Virus record (IMG/VR): IMGVR_UViG_3300043410_000754
Source of the DNA: an uncultured virus (IMG/VR IMGVR_UViG_3300043410_000754)
Taxonomy: Duplodnaviria > Heunggongvirae > Uroviricota > Caudoviricetes
Reading direction: 5' to 3' (one strand)
DNA length: 64,000 bases
Part shown: positions 30,668 to 39,333 of the stretch, in pieces
How positions within the stretch are numbered: position 1 is the first letter of the stretch
How the letters are laid out: every line of letters starts with the position of its first letter
Made by a program: the position numbers and the translations under genes
Notes under the pieces: model-generated
What the model was told of the DNA's origin: nothing
Seen by the model: only the letters and a program-made list of their open reading frames with translations
Database searches by the model: none

Positions 30668-30956
30668 TTCTATTTACCTTTTCGATGTTGGATGACGTGG
30701 GCACTTCACCGAAGCCCAACGCGGCCATGTCGGTTTCCCATAAAGGGGTGCGGCCTTCATTTTCTATCACCCGCAGTGATTTGCCAACCGCTATCGAAAC
30801 CTCCATCAGCATAGAGTCCTTCTGCTCGACAAAAAGTTTACGCACTTCTTCTTTGATGAGGGGCCCTACCACTTCCTGCATAACTGCTTTTACTCGGCGT
30901 CGCAGTTCGTTCTCCAGGATCAGGGCGGTATCGGCTTCTTGGTTGGTCATGCTCAT
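30636..30956 (-). CDS. Hypothetical protein
   Basis: GGAG RBS, helical. Confidence 0.5.
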   Translation of the reverse strand: MSMTNQEADTALILENELRRRVKAVMQEVVGPLIKEEVRKLFVEQKDSMLMEVSIAVGKSLRVIENEGRTPLWETDMAALGFGEVPTSSNIEKVNRNAVHQEPPPV

Positions 30957-30965
30957 GGTCTCTCC

Positions 30966-31187
30966 TTAGTAGCTGGCAGTGTTGCCTTTGTAGACAATGC
31001 GGTAGTTTTGAATCTCTCGGTCAATGACGCCCTTGGAGTAGTTGCTAGCGATTCGACCCACCTCAGCCGCTAGCATCCCGTACGGGTTCATTCGCAGTTC
31101 CTCCACAACCGTCGTCAGGATCAGGTGCCTCACGTCCTCGTGCAGTTTCAGATACGCCGCCGCTTGGTTTAACTCCTCATCTCTCAT
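30966..31187 (-). CDS. Hypothetical protein
   Basis: Tight packing with RBS. Confidence 0.55.
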   Translation of the reverse strand: MRDEELNQAAAYLKLHEDVRHLILTTVVEELRMNPYGMLAAEVGRIASNYSKGVIDREIQNYRIVYKGNTASY

Positions 31188-31189
31188 GT

Positions 31190-31846
31190 TTAGCTCCGGT
31201 TGTATTCACACGTTTTGACGTGGCAGAACTTGCACAACGGTCCCTGGAGGGGGTTCCACACGCCGCTCACCAACGCCGACTCGATACGCGCCACGTCCTG
31301 CGCGGGCTTCTCCATGTACTTGGGGATCATCGCCCGGTGGTGCTCGGTCTTGACGAACTCCTTGCTCACCACAAACACCAGGGCGCTCTTGATGCGCTCC
31401 AGCTCCGGGAAATGGGCAAAGAGGCCGACCGCCACCAGATCGAGCTGTTTGGTATCTGCATACCGGGCGCTCTTGCTGGTCTTGTAGTCCACCGAGTGGG
31501 CTTTGTCTCCGTTCAGCACGACCAAGTCGGCTACCCCACGCCACCACACGTCCGGGTCGAAGAAGTCGCATGGGGTCAGGTCCATGCGCAAACCCATCTT
31601 GTACTCGCAGTGCTTCTCGCCAGGGATGCTGTTGAGTTGATCCAGCACGGGCTTCATGTAGTCGTACTTGGCGGGGACCTTCTTGCCGTCTCGGATGGCC
31701 TCCTCGGCAACGGTGTGGACCTCCTTGCCGTACAACGTGGCTTGCGTGTCGGGCTCTTTGACATCCTTGGCTACCTTGGTGTGGTAGTACTTGCGGGGAC
31801 ATTGCTGGAATGTCTTGAGGCTACTGTATGACCAAGCGATACTCAT
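31190..31846 (-). CDS. PD-(D/E)XK (Cas4/RecB-like) nuclease
   Basis: SYSSL..CP, G...H, ADL, DYKT, QL, C-terminal CxxC..C. Confidence 0.85.
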   Translation of the reverse strand: MSIAWSYSSLKTFQQCPRKYYHTKVAKDVKEPDTQATLYGKEVHTVAEEAIRDGKKVPAKYDYMKPVLDQLNSIPGEKHCEYKMGLRMDLTPCDFFDPDVWWRGVADLVVLNGDKAHSVDYKTSKSARYADTKQLDLVAVGLFAHFPELERIKSALVFVVSKEFVKTEHHRAMIPKYMEKPAQDVARIESALVSGVWNPLQGPLCKFCHVKTCEYNRS

Positions 31847-32145
31847 TCACTCATCTCCTCGTACCCCCAAGCGTTGCCACAGTTCGGGCAATGCACTCGG
31901 TCGGCTAACAGGTTAAATAGCTGGTTGTCGCAGGTCATGCACGTCCATACTTGGCTCCCTGGCGCGGGCATGATGTCGTACTTGCTACGGCCCTTCATCG
32001 AGTTGCACTGGGGGCACTCAAACTCTTGGGTCCCAGGCTTCCATACAGCGGTCCAATCATGGTTGCATGCCATGCAGTACAACTGCCCGGAGATATGCGG
32101 CTCGCGTTCTTCCTTGGCCTTCTTGAAGTCAATTATTTCCGTCAC
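31843..32145 (-). CDS. Double zinc-ribbon protein
   Basis: Four CxxC motifs. Confidence 0.7.
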   Translation of the reverse strand: MTEIIDFKKAKEEREPHISGQLYCMACNHDWTAVWKPGTQEFECPQCNSMKGRSKYDIMPAPGSQVWTCMTCDNQLFNLLADRVHCPNCGNAWGYEEMSE

Positions 32146-32327
32146 CTCTGGTTCTCCCGCATGTGTCGAAAGGCCAGGGTGGTGATGCGTAGCTCTACGA
32201 TGGCTTGCGTAATCAGTTCCTCGGCGGCGTCGTAAGCGTGTTCCAGCGCCGCGTTATGCGCTTGCTTCATCTTCATCTCGGCCATCATCATGGGGTGGGC
32301 GTAGTCAATAACTTCAACAGGCTCCAT
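32142..32327 (-). CDS. Hypothetical protein
   Basis: MEPVEVIDYA...; overlaps neighbours. Confidence 0.55.
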   Translation of the reverse strand: MEPVEVIDYAHPMMMAEMKMKQAHNAALEHAYDAAEELITQAIVELRITTLAFRHMRENQR

Positions 32328-34140
32328 AGCTGTCTCCATGTCCAGATTCACAGTTGAGGGGTAACTCAGGAGCCCACTTGGGGCGGATGCGCATGCACAT
32401 CTCGACGAACTCCTGGGCGGTCTTGACCTCAGCTTCCGGCACCACGCAGGCAATGGCGTCATGGACAGTCATCACCACACGGTATTTCTTGGCAATCAGA
32501 AGCATCTGGTCGCCGATGATGATACGCGCAAGGGCTTGGCAGACGTTCTCGGTTACCTTCCCGCCGTAGATGCGGTTGGGGAGAGTGGCCTTGCCCTTCT
32601 TGGTGTCGTACACGAACTGGGTCTTGGCGCGACCGTTCTCGTCCATCTCGGTCCAGCGCAGGTTGGGGTACTTCAGATACAGGCCGTTAGGCAAGCGGAT
32701 TCCGTTTCTGCCCTCAACCTTCAACACGCCGTCGCGGCCCAGGTCCATGGTCTGGTTGCCGAGGATCGCGCCTAGCGCCCTGCCCGCCGTCTTCCAGAAC
32801 TCAGCAATCTTCGGGTACGTGCGTCGGTAGGTTTCAATAATGCGCTGGGCCTCCTCCAAGGATACGTCCACTCCAAAGTTCTTGAGTTGCGCCTGGAACT
32901 TCGCCGCACCCATACCGTAGCCCGCGCCAAGGATCGTAGTCTTGCCGACGAACCGTTCGTCTTTCGTAATAGCCGCAACAGGTTTGCCGTAGATAGCCGA
33001 AGCCATGATTCTGTAAACGTCCTCGCCACGATCAAATGCCTCCACCAAGTCATCTTGCCCAGCTAGCCATGCCAGCGTACGTGCTTCAATCTGAGATGAG
33101 TCCGAGTCGATCATCGTGTGCCCGATCGGGGGGATGATGGCGTACTTCAACGGAGACTGCCTCGGTAGGTTTTGCAGGTTTACCTTGTCATCGCCGCCCC
33201 ATCGTCCAGTGTGTGCCGCGTAGTATCGTAGGGGGACGGGTAGGGCACCGCGCCTTGCAATACCGATGAATCGCTCCGTGCGAGTTTCTTCAAGAGTGGA
33301 TTTAGTACCCAACCGCGCAGCGACCACGGCTTGAACGTGGGGGTCCTCATGATCGAGTAGAGCTTTGAACGCTTCATCCGTCTTAGAGAAGGCATAGGTT
33401 TCCTTGCCCGTGGTCGGGCTAATTTTCTTCGGGGGCTCAACCCCCAGCAGAGTGAGTAGTTGCGCCAGCTTCTGGTTGCTGTTGAGCACCTCGGTACTGT
33501 ACTGCCCCAGTAGCTTTTCTTTCTTGTCCTTGGTGATCAGCAGGTGGTGCGTCAGCATGCGCTCGTTCAGTTGCAAGACCGGCTCGGTGAACATGCGCAC
33601 GGTCAAGTCGATCAGCTTCAGCTCGGACTTCGGGAACCCTGCGGACATGTGCAGGAACAAGTCATACGTCAGGGCCACGTCATTCTTGCAGTAGTCACCG
33701 TACCGGGCAAGCTGGTCAGGCGGGAACTCCTCACGGCGTAGGCCGAACGCGTTGACTACCTCATCGCCCTTCTCCCCGAGCGCGTAGTACTCGGCGAGCA
33801 CTTTGAGGCTACCGCCCACTTCCGTGCCATGCAGGGCTCGGCCCATGCTCAGCGTGTCCAGCCAGACCTTCGGCTTGATACCGTACAGCCAGCTCAGGAT
33901 GGCACCGTCGAAAATCGCGTTGTGCGCTAAGGCTAGCGAATTGTCCCAATCGAACTTTTTGAGGAACTGGTACATGCTCGCGGCATCGCCGCTGTGCCAC
34001 TCCGGCTTGCCATCGTTTACCTGTACCGCAACGCCGATAACTTCAAAGCGTGGGTCGCGGATGTACTCCTCGGTCGTCTGGGTTTTGAACCCCAGGTCCT
34101 TGTCGTAGTACGTCTCGAAATCAACTGTGATCAGGTTCAT
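32314..34140 (-). CDS. DNA polymerase family A with 3'-5' exonuclease
   Basis: DFET, HNAIFD, TGRW, NLQNLP, DSSQIEAR, KTTILGAGYG, VHD. Confidence 0.95.
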   Translation of the reverse strand: MNLITVDFETYYDKDLGFKTQTTEEYIRDPRFEVIGVAVQVNDGKPEWHSGDAASMYQFLKKFDWDNSLALAHNAIFDGAILSWLYGIKPKVWLDTLSMGRALHGTEVGGSLKVLAEYYALGEKGDEVVNAFGLRREEFPPDQLARYGDYCKNDVALTYDLFLHMSAGFPKSELKLIDLTVRMFTEPVLQLNERMLTHHLLITKDKKEKLLGQYSTEVLNSNQKLAQLLTLLGVEPPKKISPTTGKETYAFSKTDEAFKALLDHEDPHVQAVVAARLGTKSTLEETRTERFIGIARRGALPVPLRYYAAHTGRWGGDDKVNLQNLPRQSPLKYAIIPPIGHTMIDSDSSQIEARTLAWLAGQDDLVEAFDRGEDVYRIMASAIYGKPVAAITKDERFVGKTTILGAGYGMGAAKFQAQLKNFGVDVSLEEAQRIIETYRRTYPKIAEFWKTAGRALGAILGNQTMDLGRDGVLKVEGRNGIRLPNGLYLKYPNLRWTEMDENGRAKTQFVYDTKKGKATLPNRIYGGKVTENVCQALARIIIGDQMLLIAKKYRVVMTVHDAIACVVPEAEVKTAQEFVEMCMRIRPKWAPELPLNCESGHGDSYGAC

Positions 34141-34682
34141 TTTTTCTTTCCGAGGCCCAGGAATCCGAAGAACCCGCCTGTCTGGTTAGGGCTAACATTG
34201 TTAGTGGTCGCGTAGATACCCCCCGGTTGCAGGTTGGTGATCTGCCCCAACCCCTGCTGACCCGATAAAGGCCCCAGATTCTGCGCACCCAGCATTTGCG
34301 CCTTCATTTGTGCCTGCATCTGCTGGTTGTAGATGTGTTGCTGGTTCTCCTCATCTTGGCGCTCGTAGAACTTGTCGTCGAACACCCGCTCCATGATGCG
34401 CCTGTCGAACTCGGTACGCCGCATGCTTTTGTACGCCGCAAGTAATGCGTCCTGCTCGGCGGGAGTCAGGTAGTGCCACTCGGGCCACTTCGCCAGGACC
34501 TCATCTTTGAGATGCCCGGTGATTATGCGTTCCAGCCTACTAGCAATCGCGCTGAACTTGTAAGCCCTCGTGCGGCGCATGTTCGCCAAGTCGTGTTCCT
34601 CGTCGGCGAAGTCCTCGGGGTTGGTCTGCATGCGCTCGATCAGGATACGCACCCCCGCGCAGAACTCTTGGGGGTCACTCAT
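34137..34682 (-). CDS. Hypothetical protein (paralogue of 34679-35029)
   Basis: GVRILIERMQTNPEDF. Confidence 0.65.
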   Translation of the reverse strand: MSDPQEFCAGVRILIERMQTNPEDFADEEHDLANMRRTRAYKFSAIASRLERIITGHLKDEVLAKWPEWHYLTPAEQDALLAAYKSMRRTEFDRRIMERVFDDKFYERQDEENQQHIYNQQMQAQMKAQMLGAQNLGPLSGQQGLGQITNLQPGGIYATTNNVSPNQTGGFFGFLGLGKKK

Positions 34683-35029
34683 TTATTCATCCGTTTGATC
34701 ATCTCGGCCTGGGCCGCGCTGATGACCAGCTTCTTGGGTTGCACGGGGGTACCCTCCATCTTGGCGATGGCGTTGCCGTAGTACGCCTCGGATTCCGCTT
34801 GCTGTTGCTCATCCACCTTCAGGATCGTTGCGGCGGCTTTAGCAGTGATCTCCATGCGGCGTACCTGCTTCAGCTGTTCGTGAATCGCAACCTTCTCAGT
34901 CTCGGTCATCACCTCGCGCATGACCTCTTTGAAAATCCACTTCCACCGACCACCATCGTCGAAGAACTCCTCGGGGTTGGACTTCATGCGGTTCAGGATA
35001 ATTTGGATTCCATCGTTAATGTCACTCAT
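34679..35029 (-). CDS. Hypothetical protein (paralogue of 34137-34682)
   Basis: GIQIILNRMKSNPEEF. Confidence 0.65.
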   Translation of the reverse strand: MSDINDGIQIILNRMKSNPEEFFDDGGRWKWIFKEVMREVMTETEKVAIHEQLKQVRRMEITAKAAATILKVDEQQQAESEAYYGNAIAKMEGTPVQPKKLVISAAQAEMIKRMNK

Positions 35030-35246
35030 CTTCATGCTCCAGTAGTTTCATCATGCCGGTTGCGGCTTCTTTGGTTAACCCTCGGGCGAGGGTCGTTGTG
35101 ATACCACCCTCTGACTTGAATATGCAGTACTTCCCGTATACCGACTTCATTTTGTAGGCTGGCTTGCCCTTGCTGTACTCCATGTCGAACAGAGAATTCA
35201 GTCCGGGCAGTAGTGATTTCAACACTTGGGCTCGGGATATTGCCAT
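35022..35246 (-). CDS. 74-aa protein whose N-terminus matches the major capsid N-terminus
   Basis: MAISRAQVLKSLLPGLNSLFDMEY vs MCP MAISRAQLLKELLPGLNALFGLEY; TGATG overlap with the upstream gene. Confidence 0.8.
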   Translation of the reverse strand: MAISRAQVLKSLLPGLNSLFDMEYSKGKPAYKMKSVYGKYCIFKSEGGITTTLARGLTKEAATGMMKLLEHEDE

Positions 35247-35548
35247 CACCCGCCCCGTGTCATGGCCCGGATGCGCTCCTCCAGGATGGGCAGGTTCTCC
35301 TCGTTGACGACCATACCGAACCCGCCAGCGTCACGGATGGCGCGTAGGTTCTTCAGTTGTAGTGCGGTGGCTTCGTTCTTCCCGGCTTTAGCTTCGATAG
35401 CCAGGAACTGCCCAGCGACACAGCAAAGGAAATCGGGCACACCGCTGTTCCCGAACCCCGTACCAATGGGCATGGCGTAGTACACGCCGTGTTCTTTCAA
35501 GATAGCCTTGATCTTTGTCTTGACCTTGGCCTCTGGTGTTGCCGCCAT
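35246..35548 (-). CDS. VRR-NUC nuclease
   Basis: PEAKVK, GVPD, IEAKA, LQ. Confidence 0.85.
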   Translation of the reverse strand: MAATPEAKVKTKIKAILKEHGVYYAMPIGTGFGNSGVPDFLCCVAGQFLAIEAKAGKNEATALQLKNLRAIRDAGGFGMVVNEENLPILEERIRAMTRGG

Positions 35549-35575
35549 CTGACTCTCCAGTTGATTTCTGGAATC

Positions 35576-35603
35576 AGTATAGCATATCGCTTTACACCGT
35601 CAA
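35576..35603 (-). promoter_or_regulatory. Sigma70-type promoter
   Basis: TTGACG-16-TATACT with extended TGn. Confidence 0.65.
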
Positions 35604-35607
35604 GCAA

Positions 35608-35633
35608 TAAAAAAGCCCGCACATGGCGGGCTT
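35608..35633 (-). terminator. Rho-independent terminator
   Basis: AAGCCCGC-loop-GCGGGCTT with U-run on the minus strand. Confidence 0.75.
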
Positions 35634-35817
35634 CGGGTTACCCCTAACATTGTTAGGGTGGGGTGGATAGATTCGTACCGGGACCCCAAGCTCCGGGCGG
35701 ATTTACTGGGTGCGCAAGGTTCTCCATCACGTGCAAAGGGGGCCTCACGAACCCCCCGCCTAGTAGCCCGCATCTATCTGACATCAGCTACAACGGCGGG
35801 ATATGCTAATACCCCCT

Positions 35818-36039
35818 TTACGAAATCACGTTAGGCACTACTCCGTACGCGGATCGCGTCCACAAGAGACGCTCCCCCGCAACGGCACCAAGTTTTTTCA
35901 GGTAGTCGGCTGAGTACGCCGTCCCACCTTTCCTGTACCCAGGGCCAACGAACACCGAGGCGTTGTCAAAGTGCGGCACGTACGTCACCTCGCCGAGCGT
36001 GTACACCGTGTACATTCCACGTTCTACGGAATCGTTCAT
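35818..36039 (-). CDS. Hypothetical protein
   Basis: ATGA overlap with the upstream gene. Confidence 0.55.
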   Translation of the reverse strand: MNDSVERGMYTVYTLGEVTYVPHFDNASVFVGPGYRKGGTAYSADYLKKLGAVAGERLLWTRSAYGVVPNVIS

Positions 36040-36671
36040 TCTGCGGCTCCCAGTTCACGCATCAGGTACCACATGGCCTTCTGCAAGTTCTCTTTGCGCT
36101 CGCCTTTGTGGTCGGCGCGAGTCACGTATTTCACTACGTTACCCAGGTTGTAGTTCAGGCCCTTGGCCTCGATGAAGTCGATCGTCTCGACCCCGCCAAC
36201 TTTGTAGTGCGGCGGGTGGTTCACCATGTCGGGCTTGATGGGCTTGTCGGACGTGACCGTAGCCACGGCTTTCCACTTGCCGTTCTTCTCCTCGTATTCG
36301 TTGCCCACGCCCTCGACGTTCATAAACTGTTTCGCGGCTTCACGTGCGGCTCGCTTCGCGGCCTTCACTGCTCGTGCCTTAGCCAGCAGATCGACCTTGG
36401 AATGGGGTGGCGGGGCAATGCCAGCCGCCTTCAGTTTACGCACGGCGGTACGTATTTTGTAGCTACGGGTAATGCTCACCTTGAGCATCTGCGCCAATTC
36501 GTCCGCTGAAATGTGGGGGCGACGGAGCATGATGCGCTGTGCGCGTTCAAGCTGGGCTTTCCCGGTTTCCTTGGGGGTGCGGGGGCTGTATCGGCGTTTT
36601 TGTTTCGGTGCCGTGTTAGCGGCGATGGTCAAATCGTTCATGGTTTGTGCAGTTGTAATTAAGTCAGTCAT
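36036..36671 (-). CDS. Protein with C-terminal DUF3310-like domain
   Basis: DMVNHPPHY..GGVETID..GNVVKYVTRA..K..NLQKAMWYL. Confidence 0.8.
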   Translation of the reverse strand: MTDLITTAQTMNDLTIAANTAPKQKRRYSPRTPKETGKAQLERAQRIMLRRPHISADELAQMLKVSITRSYKIRTAVRKLKAAGIAPPPHSKVDLLAKARAVKAAKRAAREAAKQFMNVEGVGNEYEEKNGKWKAVATVTSDKPIKPDMVNHPPHYKVGGVETIDFIEAKGLNYNLGNVVKYVTRADHKGERKENLQKAMWYLMRELGAAE

Positions 36672-36915
36672 GGTTAGCTCCATTGTTGTTGACGTATGCC
36701 GCCAGAATCTCTCTCATCTTTGCTTGCTTGTTTCCGGGGTGGTGTGCTTCAAAATAATCCATTACCTCCTTGCTCAATCTGATGCTGGTACAAAAAAGTG
36801 CGGGCTTTTTCCCAGGCCCGCGCCCCTTGCGTTTAACCACGGGTGGTCCCTTGATGTCGCACCGTGGGCAGGACTCTCCCGGCATCGGGTATCCACAGCC
36901 TACACAGAGCTTCAT
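36664..36915 (-). CDS. BrnA/DUF4415-like ribbon-helix-helix protein with N-terminal Zn ribbon
   Basis: GRGP..TSIRLSKEVMDYF..Q..MREIL; two CxxC. Confidence 0.55.
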   Translation of the reverse strand: MKLCVGCGYPMPGESCPRCDIKGPPVVKRKGRGPGKKPALFCTSIRLSKEVMDYFEAHHPGNKQAKMREILAAYVNNNGANHD

Positions 36916-36933
36916 AGCAGTGCCTCCCCAACG

Positions 36934-37185
36934 CTATCGCGTAACTTTTCCCGGTGCATACGCTCCAGTATCCTCCCGTCTACTCTCTCGAAAGGCCACC
37001 AAGAGTTCTCGGTTAGCTTCAAGATGATCTCGGCGTTCTTGCTCAAGTTCCGACTCCGGGATGACGACTTCTTTTGTTGTGAATTTGTGTCCGTTCGCAC
37101 ACTCTCTCCTTCGTTTGTACCCAAATGTGGGCGACCTACGCGTCTCATGCACGATCGTCCATACACCACACTCGGGGCATTTCAT
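36934..37185 (-). CDS. NrdR-like zinc-ribbon protein
   Basis: MKCPEC..ETR..RRRECANGHKFTTKE. Confidence 0.7.
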   Translation of the reverse strand: MKCPECGVWTIVHETRRSPTFGYKRRRECANGHKFTTKEVVIPESELEQERRDHLEANRELLVAFRESRREDTGAYAPGKVTR

Positions 37186-37475
37186 TTCGTCTCCAGACCC
37201 TTCATCGTCATGACGACTGCGAGCTGGTCGGCGATCGGTTGGTCTTCGTTCAGAATCCAGTACGTGGTAGTCCAGTCCGGGCCATGCGGGTTACGCTTGA
37301 ACGTACACACCTCCAGCACCTTGCCGTTCATCACCTGCAAAATACCGAACCGAGCATGCGGCATCTCGGGTTGTGACGATGCGTTCGTTTCTCCCGTCTC
37401 CAAACCCAATCGCATCTTCACGCGCTCGTCGCTGTCGTTGAATAGCCATTTTCTTATCCATCCGCGAATGTTCAT
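37182..37475 (-). CDS. Hypothetical protein
   Basis: ATGA overlaps. Confidence 0.55.
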   Translation of the reverse strand: MNIRGWIRKWLFNDSDERVKMRLGLETGETNASSQPEMPHARFGILQVMNGKVLEVCTFKRNPHGPDWTTTYWILNEDQPIADQLAVVMTMKGLETK

Positions 37476-37687
37476 TTCTTCATGCTCCTTATGAATTCTG
37501 CAAAACTAGCAATGGTGTCCTGACCAAAGGGGATCGTGAATTCCTCCAGGGCCTGGGCCACCTCCTCGATCACCTCGTTACGGTAAATGTCTAGCTCGTT
37601 GTCTAGGCGCACCATAACCTCTTTGACTTCTTTGCGTCCCAACTTGTGCTCCAATGCCTCAAAGGCTTCATCTTCTTCAGTTCTCAC
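37472..37687 (-). CDS. Hypothetical protein
   Basis: RNEVIEEVA motif; overlaps neighbours. Confidence 0.6.
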   Translation of the reverse strand: MRTEEDEAFEALEHKLGRKEVKEVMVRLDNELDIYRNEVIEEVAQALEEFTIPFGQDTIASFAEFIRSMKK

Positions 37688-38013
37688 AGGGCGTTACCTC
37701 TCTTGGCGCAAGGCCATACCGCTTTCAAAACTCGGTTCACCAGGATGTCCCCCGTCAGGTGTCGATCCGCAGGTGAGTTCTCCAGGTAGTTCTTCACCAT
37801 GTCGTTGATCTGCCCAGCCGTTGCGTTGGATGGGGCGCAATGCACTACACCAATACCCATGTCCGCGATGCCAGCGATGTACCCAAGGCCGTAGCCTTGG
37901 TTGAAGTATGAGGAGTCTTTCAGCAGACTCAGCAACTTGTTTCCGTCTTGGAACTCGGCTTGCGCCGACCCCATTGCAACCGTGGCTAACAATGTTAGTG
38001 CGAGGCGTTTCAT
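37684..38013 (-). CDS. Rap1a/Tai-like secreted protein
   Basis: Signal peptide MKRLALTLLATVAMGSAQA; GNKLL, GYIAGIAD, C-x-P, YLENSP, WPC. Confidence 0.7.
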   Translation of the reverse strand: MKRLALTLLATVAMGSAQAEFQDGNKLLSLLKDSSYFNQGYGLGYIAGIADMGIGVVHCAPSNATAGQINDMVKNYLENSPADRHLTGDILVNRVLKAVWPCAKRGNAL

Positions 38014-38483
38014 GTGTTCTTCTCCTTGAGTTTGGCTTCGATGGCGCGTATTGCCTGCATGGCCCAGTCGTACAGGGCATGGCCTCCAGATGGCGGAACT
38101 GAAAGTTGTCCAAGCACACCTGCAACCTCTTTCTCCGTCAGCCCAACCCATTCACGCTGTGGTTTGTTGGTAAGCAATTCAACAATACTGTTTGCGAGAT
38201 GTGTTCGCGTTGCGTTGTCGGTATATTTGTAGTTGTAATTGATGTGGACATAAACAAACTCGCCGCCAAGTCGAATGTCAACGCCGCCAAACAAATCGTA
38301 TCCGACCTCAATACCATTCGCCACTTGCGAAAATTTTATTGGAGGCATTTCCACCGGCTCCTGCTTCTCAGCCTGCTCTATGGCGTCCATCATCTCCGGT
38401 GTAATGCCGCACATCCAGCCATTGTCAGAAGGCCAGAACCTTAAAACGTAGGCTCCAATACGAATTTCTTTGAAGGCAGTCAT
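38010..38483 (-). CDS. Mosaic hypothetical protein
   Basis: AEKQEPV and PQREWVGLT..EAKLKEKN segments. Confidence 0.55.
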   Translation of the reverse strand: MTAFKEIRIGAYVLRFWPSDNGWMCGITPEMMDAIEQAEKQEPVEMPPIKFSQVANGIEVGYDLFGGVDIRLGGEFVYVHINYNYKYTDNATRTHLANSIVELLTNKPQREWVGLTEKEVAGVLGQLSVPPSGGHALYDWAMQAIRAIEAKLKEKNT

Positions 38484-38786
38484 ACTTCAATCCCCAAGTG
38501 CTTGTCTGCTTCGCGCAAGATTTGTTGCAACGCATCACGCATGCCGACCTTGTCTCCAACCACAAGCCCTGTTTCGGCTTCTTGTTTGATGCTTCGGATT
38601 ACTCGATCCCCATCCTGCTTTTCAGCCTGCTTCATGGCTTCAATGCTCATTCGCGTACCCCCATTAGTGCTACCAACCAACCCAACACCGCGCTTATCCA
38701 TGCGGCGGCTCGTCCAAGGTCTTTCTCCCACAGGGAGAACCCTGCGTTGATAAGGGCGATCAATACGGTGAACCCAAATACGAACT

Positions 38787-39333
38787 TCATTTCCTATCCT
38801 TCAAAGTTAAGAACGCTCCAAACCACAGCAGGAGAACAACGAACAACGTAGGCAACGCCAACCACACGGGTAGGAACTCCACAGCGGCCCCAGCCACAAA
38901 CGGCGCACCGATAACCACCCAAAAAGCGAATCGGTCCCTGCTCACCGTGCGGCTCCCAGGTTGCGAACCCATGCGGGCTCAGGTTCTTGGATGACGGGGG
39001 GCGTCATCTTCTCGCTCGGCGGGGTCCACCCGTACTTGCGCCACGTTGCTTGTACGTCAGCGCCGGAAGTCCACTTGTAGTCGGGGTGCCCCACGGGAAT
39101 CCAGGGCATCGTTAGTTTGGCTTCATTCATTTGTATTTACCCCATGTCGCCGCGCCGTCAATCAGCCCGTGCAGGTTCACAAGCCCCCCGAACAGAATGA
39201 CTCCGATGTATCGCGCAAGGGGCAACTCCCAGGCGCATGCCAGCATGCCACCAAACGAAACCCAGAACAGTACGGTTCGGGCTCGCTCGCTATTCAGCAG
39301 ATACTCAAACCCCTGGTACACAAACTTTTTCAT
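38787..39333 (-). CDS. Three small genes (38787-~38945, 38942-39130, 39127-39333), two with TM segments
   Basis: Overlapping short ORFs with hydrophobic stretches. Confidence 0.45.
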
